64,000 nt of DNA from Mizuhopecten yessoensis (taxonomy: Eukaryota), in assembly GCF_002113885.1 (NCBI RefSeq), contig NW_018408770.1, positions 536,115-600,114 on the forward strand, written 5' to 3'. Position 1 is the stretch's first letter. The number at the start of each line of letters is the position of its first letter. A program made the translations under genes and the position numbers. The notes under the pieces are model-generated. The model was not told the DNA's origin. It saw nothing but the letters and a program-made list of their open reading frames with translations, and searched no databases. This document shows, one piece after another, positions 62,988-64,000 of this stretch.

Positions 62988-63890
62988 ATGGCAGTATTCA
63001 TAATGGATGCCAAGAAAATGTGGGATGAAGTTCTTGACCATGCAGGTAAATATATATATGTATAAAGACTATCATACAGAAGTCTAAAATTTTATTACTA
63101 TTTTGTAGATACAATTTTTACCCTATTAAAGTTACATTTAAGAAATTTACCCTTCAAACTAACATTCTATTTAGTGATGTTTATATATTACTTTAGCCTG
63201 CGCTGAACTAGCTTACCTTATATAGGTAATGGTACTTTATTTTTATGAAGTACTGTACAATTATGGTACTTTCTTTCAAAAAGAGTTCTGGACCCACACA
63301 GAGTGACCACGAGTATCGTTTAGGTAATCAATGGTACCCACACAGAGTGACCACGAGCATCGTTTAGGTAATCAGTGGTACAGTGGATATATATGTAGGT
63401 ACATGCTACTATTGTACACAAATAGTTCAGGCATAGATAACATTCTTGCAGTTCTGTTTTGCATACACAGTTATATTTGTATTTGATAATGATAATTGGA
63501 AATATAATTGAAAGAATAAGTGTAAGGTAGCATATACCCCTAAGTGTTAACATATTTACTTTAATGATGGTAGAATAATACAGTTTATGGAAGGTTGTAC
63601 TATGAATTTAGATTTACTGTTGTTTCAGATCCATGTGTGGAGGCTATTGTAATGATGTATATGGCAACAGGCTGTGACTAACTACGTTTACTATTGTTTC
63701 AGATCCGCGTGTAGAGGATTGGTTCATGATGTCCAGCTTCATTCCCAGTCTTGTTATCTGTGTGTTGTATGTTATCATAGTGCAATTTGGTCCTACAATT
63801 ATGGCAAATAGGAAACCAATGGAGATAAAAAATGTCTTGTTGGTGTACAATCTGGGAATGGTGGCCCTTTCTACGTACATTTTTATGGAG
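62988..63890 (+). CDS. ELOVL7: very-long-chain fatty acid elongase (ELOVL7/ELOVL1-like), exons 62988-63045 and 63703-63890; continues beyond the window
   Basis: MAVFIMDAKKMWDEVLDHA|DPRVEDWFMMSS...GPTIMANRKPMEIKNVLLVYNLGMV..YIFME is a canonical ELOVL N-terminus; phases match; paralog assignment tentative. Confidence 0.9.
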
Positions 63891-64000
63891 GTATGTTATT
63901 GTATTACATAGATGTTTACTGGAGTACACACTGACAACATGTACATTATATATTGGTGACAGGAGATTATGAAATATGAATAGGGACTCAAAGACAGTTT

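Overview
Eukaryotic, AT-rich, intron- and repeat-rich genomic DNA. The repeat families and gene content suggest a mollusc, probably a bivalve (inference). There are three + strand protein-coding genes. (1) A complete FCHO1/2-type muniscin (F-BAR, acidic AP2-activating linker, mu-homology domain), hand-assembled from 25 phase-consistent GT-AG exons at 6506-43207 (~891 aa), plus candidate microexons. (2) An intronless RING/B-box/B-box/coiled-coil/NHL tripartite-motif E3 ligase at 51230-53194. (3) The first coding exons of an ELOVL7/1-like elongase, from 62988 to the window end. Repeats include Helentron-type non-autonomous elements, V-domain tRNA SINEs, MITE/foldback elements, a decayed Penelope-like RT and many minisatellites. 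Four structures stand out. First, the '1251-aa ORF' is an FCHO exon end plus its splice donor, amplified ~74 times in frame. Second, a miniature LTR retroelement carries a tRNA-like cassette in its LTRs, with PBS, PPT and a solo LTR with a 4-bp TSD. Third, a minimal hammerhead ribozyme motif lies at ~2.6 kb. Fourth, a 13-copy array of strand-specific RNA hairpins lies in the probable FCHO 3' UTR. All calls are by eye; no searches were run.
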